64,000 bases of DNA, taken from contig VMFP01000003.1 of assembly GCA_007376145.1 (NCBI GenBank), positions 92,741-156,740 on the forward strand, written 5' to 3'. The stretch's first letter is position 1. Every line of letters begins with the position of its first letter. The translations under genes and the position numbers were made by a program. Source of the stretch: Parcubacteria group bacterium Gr01-1014_38 (lineage in GTDB: Bacteria > Patescibacteriota > Andersenbacteria > UBA10190 > CAIZMI01). The notes under the pieces were generated by a model. That model made no database searches. It was not told the DNA's origin and saw nothing but the letters and a program-made list of their open reading frames with translations. This document shows, one piece after another, positions 53,018 through 63,049 of the stretch.

Positions 53018-54094
53018 ATGTCGCGCATCATTGGCCACCTCGATATGGACGCGTTCTTCGCGGCGATTGAAGAGCGGGATACGCCGCGGTTTCAGGGGCT
53101 TCCCATCGTCGTGGGCGCGGACCCGCGTGGCGGCGCGGGGCGCGGCGTCGTCTCGACTGCCAATTATCGAGCGCGTGCGTATGGGATTCATTCGGCAATG
53201 CCGATCACGATTGCCTGGCGGCTCTCTCAAGCCGCAGTTCGAAGAGGGGACCCGGCAGCGATCTTCTTACCCGGCAATTACCATCGGTACGAAGACATCT
53301 CGCGCCGCATCATGGCTCTCCTCCGCGCCGCTGTCCCGCTCGTACAGCAGCGGAGCGTGGACGAAGCGTATTTCGATCTTAGTCACACCGGTTCTGTGCA
53401 GCGCGCCGTCGCTCTCTGCCGACGCCTCAAAGAGGAAATTCGCCAGCAGGAGCGACTGACGGCGTCAGTTGGGGTTGGCCCCAACAAGCTCATTGCGAAA
53501 ATCGCCTCCGACCTGCAGAAGCCGGATGGGTTCACGGTCGTGGAGGAGAAGGACGCCGAGGCGTTCCTTGCACCGCTCCCGATTCGGAAGGTTCCCGGCG
53601 TCGGGCCGAAAACCGAAGCCTTCTTTCATGCGAACGGCGTTCACCTCGTGCGTGACGCGCGAGCGTACTCGCGGAGTGATCTGGAAACCCTCCTCGGAAA
53701 ATGGGGCCTCGACCTGTACGAGAAACTCTGGGGACGGGACACCTCTCCCGTCCACGAAGCGTACACCGCGAAGTCTGTCGGCACGCAGGAAACGTTTAAC
53801 GTCGATACGCTCGACTCCCGCATCATTGGCGAGCATCTCTCCACTCTCTGTGCGCGCGTCCTGCGCCGACTGGAAGCCGAGGGCTTTCACCGGTTTCGTA
53901 CCGTCGTGCTCACCGTTCGGTTTGCGAATTTCCGAACGGTCTCTCGCGCTTCAACATCCACACCATCACTCCACACGCTTCAAGAGTTGCACCAGCAGGC
54001 ATTGCGACTCCTCCTGCCGTTCTTTGATGCGCGCGAAAATCCCCGTCGCGAACCTCTCCGGCTCATCGGGGTCCGCGTCGAAAAGCTGGAGTGA
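53018..54094 (+). CDS. dinB: DNA polymerase IV (Y-family)
   Basis: MSRIIGHLDMDAFFAAIEERD, SVDEAYFDL, GVGPNKLIAKIASD, HhH/little-finger region. Confidence 0.9.
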   Translation: MSRIIGHLDMDAFFAAIEERDTPRFQGLPIVVGADPRGGAGRGVVSTANYRARAYGIHSAMPITIAWRLSQAAVRRGDPAAIFLPGNYHRYEDISRRIMALLRAAVPLVQQRSVDEAYFDLSHTGSVQRAVALCRRLKEEIRQQERLTASVGVGPNKLIAKIASDLQKPDGFTVVEEKDAEAFLAPLPIRKVPGVGPKTEAFFHANGVHLVRDARAYSRSDLETLLGKWGLDLYEKLWGRDTSPVHEAYTAKSVGTQETFNVDTLDSRIIGEHLSTLCARVLRRLEAEGFHRFRTVVLTVRFANFRTVSRASTSTPSLHTLQELHQQALRLLLPFFDARENPRREPLRLIGVRVEKLE

Positions 54095-54131
54095 AAGAAC
54101 GAACGTGGTGGATTCGCAGCCTCTCTACGGA

Positions 54132-54773
54132 TCAGGATCGGTTCTGTCCACGGACATTCCGACGTTGCCAAGAAATCTTTTGAGCTCGGACGGTTGTCGT
54201 TCGAGCTTTTTTCTGTAACCACTGTTCAGCAAGAAGGAGGGCTGTCAGGGACGTCAAATCTGATGTCCGATTTTTCGCGGTTGGAATGTCCATCTTCTTC
54301 ACGTTGGCTGCCTCTTGAATGTCTCTTGCCTGTGACCGGACACCTTTTGTACAATACGTAAGATATATGTGCGCTTTTGTGGTAAGAAAACTCGGTGCAC
54401 GCCAGTAGGATCCGAGTTCGATCCATGTTTCTGCGGTATATCCAATTTCTTCTTCAAACTCTCGTTGCGCTGCTGCAAGGGGAGACGAATCCGTTGGCTC
54501 AACGAAACCCATTGGAAGGTTATAAATGGGGGACTGAGGGATTGGGCGCCATTGGTGCAACATCAGCACCTCTTTCGTTTTGAGGAGCGGTACAATTATT
54601 ACGAAGTCGGGCTTCTGGACAAAATAATATTCAGGAATAAATGTGCCATTTGGAAGGTAAAAAGATTCCTTCCACACGGTGATCCATTTATTAGAGAGAA
54701 GTATCTTCTTGTTCTCTCCTTTTCTCTCTCCCAGTACCATGCGGAGCAGTATGAGAGAGATGTGGTATTTCAT
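54132..54773 (-). CDS. NUDIX hydrolase (ADP-ribose pyrophosphatase-like), lower-GC gene
   Basis: Nudix box GFVEPTDSSPLAAAQREFEEEIGY; N-terminal substrate domain (FYLPNGTFIPEYYFV); markedly AT-richer than surroundings. Confidence 0.7.
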   Translation of the reverse strand: MKYHISLILLRMVLGERKGENKKILLSNKWITVWKESFYLPNGTFIPEYYFVQKPDFVIIVPLLKTKEVLMLHQWRPIPQSPIYNLPMGFVEPTDSSPLAAAQREFEEEIGYTAETWIELGSYWRAPSFLTTKAHIYLTYCTKGVRSQARDIQEAANVKKMDIPTAKNRTSDLTSLTALLLAEQWLQKKARTTTVRAQKISWQRRNVRGQNRS

Positions 54774-55200
54774 CAAGGAGTTTGCGTCGCCCTGGACGAC
54801 GAAAGCACCCATTCAACTGTGGAGCAAGTACACCTAATGTGGAACCCGCTGATGCTGGAAATCCACGTGTTTTCGCGCCTGTCGGAGAACACGAGACTAC
54901 CAGCACAACTTACGCGGTGAGGGGTTTGGAACCGCACTGGCTGTGGAAGTTTCCTGCCTTGCGTGGTAGGGTTTTTGCATGGCAAGCCTTCCTGTAACAT
55001 TCGCGCCGGCTCGCGGACGCGCCGTCGCATCCTCCGCATTGAGGTTGATGCCGGGAAGTTCGAGCGTCTCGCGGCCGACTTCGGCTTCTTCGGGCCGGAG
55101 TTTCTCGCAAGTCTCGAACGCGCGGAAGCGGATGTACGCGCGGGACGCGCACGGAAGATTTCCTCTCTTCGCGCACTGAAGCTTCCTTAAGACCGCGGAA

Positions 55201-55527
55201 ATGCAGGAAAGGGAAGTCCAACAACATCTGAAGACCATCACGGACACGATCGTCCGGGAATTTCAACCCGAAAAGATCATCCTGTTCGGTTCGTGGGCAT
55301 GGGGGACACCGGGGCCGGACAGCGACGTAGACTTGTTTGTCATAAAAGAGACGACACAATCAACTCGCGGCGTCGCGCGGGATATTGATGGCGCACTCTG
55401 GGGTAGGCGTGTGCCGCTGGACATCCTCGTGTATACGCCCACGGGCGTCAAGCGTCGCCTGGATCGCGGAGATTTCTTTGTTCGTGATGTGATCCAAAAA
55501 GGCAAAGTTCTCTATGAACGTTCCTGA
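55201..55527 (+). CDS. Minimal nucleotidyltransferase (MNT) antitoxin-like protein of a HEPN/MNT module
   Basis: GS-x9-DxD motif (FGSWAWGTPGPDSDVDLFV). Confidence 0.8.
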   Translation: MQEREVQQHLKTITDTIVREFQPEKIILFGSWAWGTPGPDSDVDLFVIKETTQSTRGVARDIDGALWGRRVPLDILVYTPTGVKRRLDRGDFFVRDVIQKGKVLYERS

Positions 55528-55903
55528 ACGTGTAGAAGACGAATGGATCCGCAAAGCCGAAGAAGACGAACTTTCCGCGAAAGCAGTTCTCAAGGAAGGC
55601 GCGCCGAGTACAGGATGTTTTCTTGCGCAGCAAATAGCCGAGAAGTACCTGAAGGCGCTCCTCATTCGGCATCGTCTGGAGTTTCCAAAGACGCACGATC
55701 TCATTGCGCTTGCCAGTCTTGTTGAACCGCGCGTGCAAGGCGTGCGGGTCCTGCAGGACGATCTAAAAACACTCGGTCGCTACTACGTGGAGACGAGGTA
55801 CCCAGGAGACTACTCGCCGTTCACCCGCGAGGAGTGCCAGCATGCCCTCGAAGCGGCACTCCGTGTGAAAGACTTTGTGATGAAGAGATTATCAAGCGGC
55901 TGA
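55514..55903 (+). CDS. HEPN-domain toxin-like protein
   Basis: 14-nt overlap with the MNT gene; all-helical; HEPN-like motif in C-terminal helix (RYPGDYSP...EECQHALE). Confidence 0.75.
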   Translation: MNVPERVEDEWIRKAEEDELSAKAVLKEGAPSTGCFLAQQIAEKYLKALLIRHRLEFPKTHDLIALASLVEPRVQGVRVLQDDLKTLGRYYVETRYPGDYSPFTREECQHALEAALRVKDFVMKRLSSG

Positions 55904-56081
55904 TCAAATCTGCGTCGCGCAGCTCCTCACAAATGTGGGAAGTGAATCGGAGTAGGTCGGGAAAATCTGGAACCCGCTGGTGGAGAAATACATACGTTTT
56001 CGCGCTTGTCGGATCGTGTGAGGTGCTGGTGCATCTTTCGAGCTGAGGGATTTGGAGCTGTTCCTTACCGGGCGGGAATAA

Positions 56082-56113
56082 GAAAAAAGAGGCCGGTCAT
56101 CCATCCCGGCCTC
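56082..56113 (-). terminator. Rho-independent terminator downstream of the HD-domain gene
   Basis: GAGGCCGG-9 nt-CCGGCCTC followed on minus strand by TTTTTTCTT. Confidence 0.7.
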
Positions 56114-56118
56114 AAACG

Positions 56119-57281
56119 TCACGAAAGACATCCAATGACTTCCTTCACGCGAGCGCTCACCGCTTCGTTCAAGGATGCGTGCTCCGGGTACAAGTAGGCT
56201 TGCACCATCCAGGCTGGCTTCAGTGGCGTCACTGGCGCGGGAATATCTGCATCCGGAGAGAGAAGCGGGAGGTCTATGCTCTTCCACGCGCGGCTTTTCC
56301 CGCAGTACACGCAGATGTCTTCCTGAGGAATCCTGAATGCTGTTGACAGGTCGTCCGGCAGGGAGCTGCGGGTCTCGAGGTTCTCAACGAACTCCCGAAG
56401 TTTTTCGCTGGGCGCGTGTGTCCGAAAGTTGAAAACCAGGGCGTAAAACTGCCATCGCATCGCCCGCTGGGCAAGCACCTGCGTACGGGGGTTGCACTGT
56501 TCCAAAAGGTACCGATACGCCTCTCCATCCGTCATCGTGAAGTAGCTCTTCGGGACTTCCCCCGCCCGCGCCGCGAAATCCAGTGCGCGATAGAGCATCA
56601 TCCCTCCCACAATATTCGGCGGCGAGTGAACGTATCGGTAGACCTTCTTTCGGCACACTGCCCACTGGTAGACTTCCGTGGAGACGGACCCATCGAGATA
56701 GAGGCGCCCGTTGTGAAGAAGATACTTGCGCGCAATGCTCTCAGGCGAGTAGGACAGTGACGTTTCACGAAGAATCCCCATGCTGTGTCCGTAGCGCAGC
56801 GTGTTGTCGAGGTTATCGATATCGATCGAGCCGTTGAGAAGGTCGCTAACGGGGATTCTTTCCCCGTGACGAAACGAAGGATGCGATCAACAGAACCGCC
56901 TTGCCTCAAGACCTCCTCCGCAAACTCTGACCCATCGATGACTTCCTCGGCAAACTCTTCATGATTTCGCTTGAGGAGACGTTTCAAGAAGTGCTCGCTG
57001 ATGTGCGAGAACGGCGGTGTTCCGAGATCGTGCGCGAGCGCCGCGAAATAGAGGTCGCGCGCAATTGCTCGAAACTCGGGGACTGTCCCCGCGATGCGTG
57101 CGAGGTGTCCGACGGCGACCGTGTGCTCGAACTTGTTCGCGCAGACACCTGTCGGTGTCAGCCAGGTCGGGACAGCGGAGAGCGAGACGCGGCGAAGCCG
57201 CGTCAGCTCTGGTGTCTGGAAAAGCCGTTCATCGTCGTGCGAACAGGAGAGTTTCCCGTACAGTCGGTCGTAGATGCGCAT
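56119..57281 (-). pseudogene. HD-domain dNTP triphosphohydrolase-like gene split by a frameshift (two overlapping ORFs 57281..56598 and 56781..56119)
   Basis: N-terminal ORF carries HD motifs (FEHTVAVGHLARIAG, LAHDLGTPPFSH); coding signal continues in a different frame around 56740-56780 into the second ORF. Confidence 0.55.
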
Positions 57282-57567
57282 ATAAAACTCCCAGTGAACT
57301 CTTCGGGCATTGATCCGTGGTAAAAGAACGCGTCGCTTCCTTAAGGAAGCCTCGTCAGTCTAGCAGCAGTGGTCTTTCTGCACAAACGACTTTCTTTGCT
57401 CAGCCTGGATCCAGTAAGCTTGCTGCGAGGCTATTTTTTGTTCTGTTGCTGGTGGAGCAAGTCGGTCTACTTTGGAATCCTCTTGTGCTCGACATACACA
57501 CGTTTTCACAGCTAGCGGAGAGTGCGAAACTTCCCGAGCAATTCGTGCGCTGAGAGATTTGGAACCA

Positions 57568-57600
57568 AGAAAAAACCGCCGCGGCCGAAGCGTTGGCGGT
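57568..57600 (-). terminator. Rho-independent terminator downstream of purA
   Basis: ACCGCC...GGCGGT GC-rich hairpin followed on minus strand by TTTTTTCTT. Confidence 0.6.
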
Positions 57601-57621
57601 TACTGTCTTTTCGTGAACAAC

Positions 57622-59124
57622 TTATCGGTAGACTGTTTGTTCTCGATCAGGGCCTACGGAAATGAGTCTGACCCGAGCTTCACATTCCCTTTCTACGCAT
57701 GTGATGAGCTCTTCCAACGCAGGCGGCAACTCGGTTGACGAGATAAGCTCACTCGTTTGTGCCCGCCAACCGGTAAACCGCCGATACACTGGCTCGCAGT
57801 ACCTTAGGATGTCTGGGTCCACGATGGCACAGGTGATGTGGTCACTCGGCTGAAGGTGCGCTCCCGCCCAATAGCGCGGCGGTCCTCGATAGATATACGC
57901 CATGCAGACCTGAATCGTGTCGCATTCATCAAGCACATCGACTTTAGTCAGCGCCAGTTGTGGTCCATGGTGACGCACTGCATACCGTAGCAGTGGTAAG
58001 TCCAGCCAGCCTATACGTCGCGGTCTGCCGGTGGTGGCGCCATACTCATCACCAATGCGGCGAATAGCGACACCTTGCTGGAATGGATCATCGCTGTTGA
58101 GAGACGCGGTAGCATACAGAAGCGCTTCAGTGGTACGGTCGGCCCTTGGCTGTCCGCACCACGTAGCGGACGAAACGCCGCCCAATTCTGTGGGCAAGGG
58201 CCCTTCACCGACACGCGTCATGTAGAAGGCCTTCGTCACTCCCAGCGTGAAGTCCACTGCACCTTCCGGCAACCCGACACCTCGGGTAAGACCTCGGATG
58301 GAACAGTCAGAAGCAGTCACGTATGGATACGTTCCGTAGTCGATAGACAACAGGAGTCCCTGGGCGCCTTCAAGCAAAATCCGTTTACCTTGAGCTAGCG
58401 AAGTTCGGACCAGGTGATCGGTATCGCCGATAAAGGGTTGCAGGCGTTTCCCCCAATCTCGGTAACACTCGACAATGGCCGCGACATCCAACACAGTGTC
58501 CGGTCGATAGAAGCGACCCTGTTCGAGCAACTCATGCATCATCACCTCCTTCACCACGGCAGGATCAGAGTGACGCAGAAAAGGGAGAAGGGAGGCGACA
58601 TTCCGTTGAACCTTGGGGGCCAGTATGTCGGGGTTGAAAAGGTCGTTCACAATCAATCCATTCCGATCATAGTGGTCGCGATACGCCGGGCCGATACCAC
58701 GTTTGGTCGTGCCGATCCGATCCAGCACCCCTGGTTGGTTTTTGAGATGATCCACCAAGACATGCTGGGGGAGAACGAGTTTGGCGTTGTACGCGATGCG
58801 CAAACTGTCACAGGAGACGCCAGCCTGTGTCAGACCATCGATCTCCTGACAGGCCGTGCGCGGGTTAAGCGCTACGCCACTCCCAATCACATTCAGCTTA
58901 CCGTCTGCACGTAGAATGCCGGATGGTAGTACATGGAGTGTGTAGCGTCGGGCATTGTGATACACCGTGTGACCAGCATTGTCTCCGCCGGTGCCACGGG
59001 CGATGATGTCGGCCCACTCCGTCATCAGGTCGACCATCTTGCCTTTCCCAGTATCGCCGAACTGATTGTCGACGATCGCTACCACCCGATGATTGGAGAG
59101 GAGCGAAGCAAGCGAGTGTTTCAT
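57622..59124 (-). CDS. purA: Adenylosuccinate synthetase
   Basis: QFGDTGKGK, GGDNAGHTV, GTTKRGIGPAY, KVDVLD motifs. Confidence 0.9.
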   Translation of the reverse strand: MKHSLASLLSNHRVVAIVDNQFGDTGKGKMVDLMTEWADIIARGTGGDNAGHTVYHNARRYTLHVLPSGILRADGKLNVIGSGVALNPRTACQEIDGLTQAGVSCDSLRIAYNAKLVLPQHVLVDHLKNQPGVLDRIGTTKRGIGPAYRDHYDRNGLIVNDLFNPDILAPKVQRNVASLLPFLRHSDPAVVKEVMMHELLEQGRFYRPDTVLDVAAIVECYRDWGKRLQPFIGDTDHLVRTSLAQGKRILLEGAQGLLLSIDYGTYPYVTASDCSIRGLTRGVGLPEGAVDFTLGVTKAFYMTRVGEGPLPTELGGVSSATWCGQPRADRTTEALLYATASLNSDDPFQQGVAIRRIGDEYGATTGRPRRIGWLDLPLLRYAVRHHGPQLALTKVDVLDECDTIQVCMAYIYRGPPRYWAGAHLQPSDHITCAIVDPDILRYCEPVYRRFTGWRAQTSELISSTELPPALEELITCVERECEARVRLISVGPDREQTVYR

Positions 59125-60626
59125 GTGTCACCTCGTTGGTAGTTGGGAGCTTCTTTGGTAATCACTACGTCATGAGGATGTGACTCATCTTCACCGGCTA
59201 CAGTAATCCGAATGAAGTCAGCCTTAGCCTGCAATTCAGCTACACTGGCGGCACCGACATATCCCATGCCGTTCCGTAAGCCACCAATGTACTGCGGGAG
59301 AATCTCCGCAAGCTCACCCTTGTAGGGCACCAAGCCTTCAATTCCTTCCGGAACGAAGTGCTTGCCAGTCTGCCGGTATCGTTCGCGGGAAGCGGCGTTC
59401 GCCTCCAGCGCTCCGAGCGATCCCATGCCTCGGTATCCTTTCCACTGTCGTCCTTGGTAGAACGTCACTGGTCCAGGCGCTTCCTTGGTGCCAGCCAGGA
59501 GATTACCGAGCATCACAGAATCAGCTCCGGCTGCCAGAGCAATCGGAATGTCGCCGGAATACCGGATGCCTCCATCGGCACAGACCGGTACATCATACTC
59601 GGCGGCTACCCGGGCGCAGTTGTAGACGGCTGTGACTTGAGGGCAACCAACACCAGCAATCTTGCGCGTGGTGCAAATGGACCCCGGTCCTTGACCGACT
59701 TTGATGCCATCGGCTCCGGCCTCAAGTAAACGGGCTGCACTGTCGGGTTCGGAGATGTTTCCAGCCACGACATCCAAGTGGGGAAACGCTGCTTTGATGT
59801 TTCGTAAAGTAACGAGAACCGGCTCGCTATCGCCATGTGCTGAATCAATGACGATCACGTCGACGTTCTCTTGGTGCAGCATTTCTACCCGTTGCAAGGC
59901 TTCTTCGCCCGTACCGACGGCTGCACCGACGCGTAACTGCCCGCGCGCATCCACATTATTGGTCTTGTCGAGGCCGGACAGAATCCGTTTGACGTCGGAC
60001 AGGGTGTACAAGCCAACGACGCGTCCTTCGCCGTCGACAATGGGTAACACCTTGCAGCGATGTTTCTTCATGTGCTGGTGGGCTTGCTCCAGGGTCGTTC
60101 CTTCTGGAGCATAAATCACCTGCTGCGTCATCACTTTTTCCGCGGGCAGGGAGTCATCATCACAGAGATCAAAGTCGTTACCCGTCAGCACGCCGACGAG
60201 CTTGTCATTTCCGTCGGTGACTGGAAAGCTGTGAAAGGTCCAGCCCTTTTTCTCGCGTCGAGCGAGAATCGAATGAACGGTATCCTCTGGTTTGACACAG
60301 ATCGGTCGTACGATCATGCCATTCAGGTGGTATTTCACCCGGGCCACTTCCGCAGCTTGATCCTCCGCAGAAAGACCGCGGTGGAGAATGCCGAGACCGC
60401 CCTGTTTGGCCATTGCAATAGCCAACGCATGTTCCGTCACGGTATCCATTGCTGCGCTGACCAGTGGTACCGGCAGCGGAACGGAGCGCGAAAAACGGCT
60501 CTCGACCGACACTTGATTGGGCATCACTTGGGCGTGACCCGTTCTCAAACGGACATCATCAAACGTCACAGCCAGTCCTAATGCCTCCATTCTGGCAAAG
60601 AAGGCGTCTTTTTTGGTGCTATGCAT
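59121..60626 (-). CDS. guaB: Inosine-5'-monophosphate dehydrogenase with CBS pair
   Basis: GSICTTR catalytic loop, GGLGILH, CBS pair; AAGGAG SD 6 nt before ATG ([10 protein letters not shown]); 4-nt overlap with purA. Confidence 0.9.
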   Translation of the reverse strand: MHSTKKDAFFARMEALGLAVTFDDVRLRTGHAQVMPNQVSVESRFSRSVPLPVPLVSAAMDTVTEHALAIAMAKQGGLGILHRGLSAEDQAAEVARVKYHLNGMIVRPICVKPEDTVHSILARREKKGWTFHSFPVTDGNDKLVGVLTGNDFDLCDDDSLPAEKVMTQQVIYAPEGTTLEQAHQHMKKHRCKVLPIVDGEGRVVGLYTLSDVKRILSGLDKTNNVDARGQLRVGAAVGTGEEALQRVEMLHQENVDVIVIDSAHGDSEPVLVTLRNIKAAFPHLDVVAGNISEPDSAARLLEAGADGIKVGQGPGSICTTRKIAGVGCPQVTAVYNCARVAAEYDVPVCADGGIRYSGDIPIALAAGADSVMLGNLLAGTKEAPGPVTFYQGRQWKGYRGMGSLGALEANAASRERYRQTGKHFVPEGIEGLVPYKGELAEILPQYIGGLRNGMGYVGAASVAELQAKADFIRITVAGEDESHPHDVVITKEAPNYQRGDT

Positions 60627-60793
60627 AGCACGCTCCTTGCTTTGAAGACCCGTTGGATTGTGAAAAAACACGCCGATCTTCTTTTTCAAGAAGAAAGGTC
60701 CTCCTCCACTACGTAAAACGCATGCGGAGCGCAAATGGATCTCCGAGAGCCCAGAAACGACGAGAGTTTGGTCTGGCTAAGAGCTTTGAAACG

Positions 60794-60850
60794 AAAAAAA
60801 GACCGCCGCGGCGGCCCGCGTTAAAAAAGTGGCCTATGTAGGCCACTTTT
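60794..60850. terminator. Back-to-back intrinsic terminators (minus-strand 60794..60820, plus-strand 60823..60850) in the guaB upstream region
   Basis: A7-GACCGCCGCGGCGGC hairpin (T-tract on minus strand) then A6-GTGGCCTA-tg-TAGGCCAC-TTTT; neither has an annotated gene to terminate. Confidence 0.55.
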
Positions 60851-61131
60851 ACTGGTGGAGATGGTGTCTCAGGTTTAGAACCGTTTCAAGCCATTCTGGA
60901 GGCGTTCCGGGTGCTCTCTGGAAATCTTGCGGCTCGTTAGTCACGCGGAAGTATAGTGGGAAGTCTTGGTGTGGAGCCTAGGGGTACCCCCCGCGAGGAA
61001 AATGGGGGAAGAACTATACTGGCCCTAATGTAATTCGTCCTTTCTTTTACTACCACCCCTTTATTCGGGCAGCATGGGTCCCATCCTCGGGAGCTTAGGG
61101 GGAGAAAATGCGCGAACCTTCGTGCTAGAGT

Positions 61132-62037
61132 GTGCCAGCCATGAGCGAAACAGAGGTTCTAGAGAACGTTAGGAAAATTCTTGATGTCATTCTCGAACTC
61201 GGCGTGCGACAGCAGGCGGCGTACAAGTCCCTGCATTTGAAAGGCAGTGGGCTTTATGTTCCGAAAGTAATCCATGAAGGATGGGTGTTGAAGAAGCCGA
61301 AAGTACATCAGCACCTCCTTCTTGAGGCATTCTGGGACGCCTATGCAGAAGTGGCGGCTAGCATCGAGCGCCCGATTGTGAGCTTTGCCATTCGCCCGCT
61401 TCTTGAACTTTCGTTTGGCAAAGCAATTTTCTTTGGAGAACTGAAGAATGAGAAGGAGCGGGAGGAAAAGGCGCTCAAATACCATTTGCTCGGCCTGGCT
61501 TTCTCTATACCCCACAGTGACGATTCTTCGTTGCGTGCACAATATAAAGCTTTGCTTCCATTTCTTTCACCACAGGATCGTCATGTCTATGAACAAATAC
61601 GGGAAAAGGGGTTCCCACCGGATGAAGTGTCGGATCGCCTTTACCGTTTGTATCCTTCAGTGAGAAGCGAAAGGGTTATAAGCATGGTGAAGAAATACTG
61701 GCTCAATATCTACGGAAGGCCGATAGATGAGGAAGCCATCGCCGGAGTCTTCCGCATATACTCCGGGTTTGTGCATCCGTATGTTTACCATCTCACCAGT
61801 CTGGAGGAACAAGCGAAGCACAAAATGCATCTCTTCCGGTCCGCCTCACTCTTATTTCTCCTCGGCATATCAACCGTCATCTTCGCGAATACCCTCACGC
61901 ACAACGCTGTCACGGCAGAGGAGATCGCGAATATTCGTGCGGAGGTCCAATCCCTATTTCCTTCCTTACTTCAATATACTGCGCGTGGTCATAGGCAAAG
62001 AGCCGCAAAATCAGCATCATCGGAACACGCCGAATAA
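61132..62037 (+). CDS. Hypothetical protein (lower GC)
   Basis: 301-aa ORF, about 50% GC, no recognisable motif; 3' end overlaps the convergent XRE gene by 21 nt. Confidence 0.5.
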   Translation: MPAMSETEVLENVRKILDVILELGVRQQAAYKSLHLKGSGLYVPKVIHEGWVLKKPKVHQHLLLEAFWDAYAEVAASIERPIVSFAIRPLLELSFGKAIFFGELKNEKEREEKALKYHLLGLAFSIPHSDDSSLRAQYKALLPFLSPQDRHVYEQIREKGFPPDEVSDRLYRLYPSVRSERVISMVKKYWLNIYGRPIDEEAIAGVFRIYSGFVHPYVYHLTSLEEQAKHKMHLFRSASLLFLLGISTVIFANTLTHNAVTAEEIANIRAEVQSLFPSLLQYTARGHRQRAAKSASSEHAE

Positions 62038-62256
62038 CTCCCCAAGCGATACGTTGAGTGCTTTCGCAATGCGCTCGATGTTCAGGATGGAGATGTTCTG
62101 CTCGCCACGTTCTACCGCACCGATGTACGTACGGTGAATCTCCGCACGGTAGCCGAGTGTCTCTTGAGACAGCCCGCGTTGCTCTCGCAGTGTGCGGATA
62201 CGTTGCCCCAGCCGCGCTCGAACATCCCTGCTTGCCATGCGCCAAACGTGAGGCAC
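62017..62256 (-). CDS. XRE-family (Cro/C1-type) HTH transcriptional regulator
   Basis: HTH_XRE core (LGQRIRTLREQRGLSQETLGYRAEIHRTYIGAVERGEQNISILNIERIAKAL). Confidence 0.75.
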   Translation of the reverse strand: MPHVWRMASRDVRARLGQRIRTLREQRGLSQETLGYRAEIHRTYIGAVERGEQNISILNIERIAKALNVSLGELFGVFR

Positions 62257-62308
62257 ATGCAGACAATGGTTCTACAGTCAATAACTAGCGTTTTCTCTCC
62301 CTTGATGT

Positions 62309-63043
62309 ATGCTCTTCTCTGAAGAGACCATGTTTCGCGCCCCGCTTCCCGTGGTGATCGTCTTAGGCGGCGTCCTCGTCGCGACAGGAGTACTGTTCGC
62401 GGGACGCCAGAATCAGCTTCTCCCCAAACCATCGCCGGTTCAGGAACAAGGGATTCCGTTTGTCGCTCCGAGCTCCGCTTTGTACGACGGTCCTCTTCTG
62501 CAACCGACGCCGGAGCCAGCGGTGCGAGCAGCTAGCGGAGAGAAGGACCCCATCGTGGATTGTCAATTCCCACACAGCGGTCCAATCCCGATGCGCGAAA
62601 GCAAGTGCGCGAAAATGACCGATTGTGAAGTAGAGTCGGGGAAGTGGCAGGCGGTGTGGGTGACGGATTGCGAGAGGCTGTACGGGAAGCTGGCCGCGCC
62701 TTCCGCCACGCCGGAGCGGAAAAGGGTGTTGTTTCATGTGACAGAAGCGCACACAAGCGGAATTCACTCCTGCTACGAGGATCGGGTAAATGAACTGACG
62801 AGATTCGAGAGCCGTCTCAAAACGCAGCAGCCGATTATTGGTACGTGCATGTTTGATGCGGACATGGAAGCGAAACGGTGTACTGAATCGAACAGGTGTG
62901 CCTTCTCCCCGACGGTGGACGACGTGGCTTCCTGTATCAAGCAATGTTATGAGAAGGCTCAAGCCGGATGCTTGGCAAAGGCCTCCGAATTCGGTAAAGA
63001 GAGGGAGAAATATACCAAGCTAGTTTACGAGGTTTGCCCGTAG
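62309..63043 (+). CDS. Cys-rich (12 Cys) secreted/anchored hypothetical protein
   Basis: N-terminal signal anchor (APLPVVIVLGGVLVATGVLFAG), many paired cysteines. Confidence 0.5.
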   Translation: MLFSEETMFRAPLPVVIVLGGVLVATGVLFAGRQNQLLPKPSPVQEQGIPFVAPSSALYDGPLLQPTPEPAVRAASGEKDPIVDCQFPHSGPIPMRESKCAKMTDCEVESGKWQAVWVTDCERLYGKLAAPSATPERKRVLFHVTEAHTSGIHSCYEDRVNELTRFESRLKTQQPIIGTCMFDADMEAKRCTESNRCAFSPTVDDVASCIKQCYEKAQAGCLAKASEFGKEREKYTKLVYEVCP

Positions 63044-63049
63044 GGAGGA

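Noticed and set aside
54963-55190. Small ORFs upstream of the MNT gene as a possible RHH antitoxin
   Set aside because: Two overlapping low-complexity frames; C-terminal LASLERAEADVRAGRA is only faintly antitoxin-like; insufficient evidence to call a CDS.
60627-60793. Purine riboswitch upstream of guaB
   Set aside because: Looked for the conserved purine-aptamer junction motifs in the 5' leader on the minus strand and found none; only an SD (AAGGAG) is evident.
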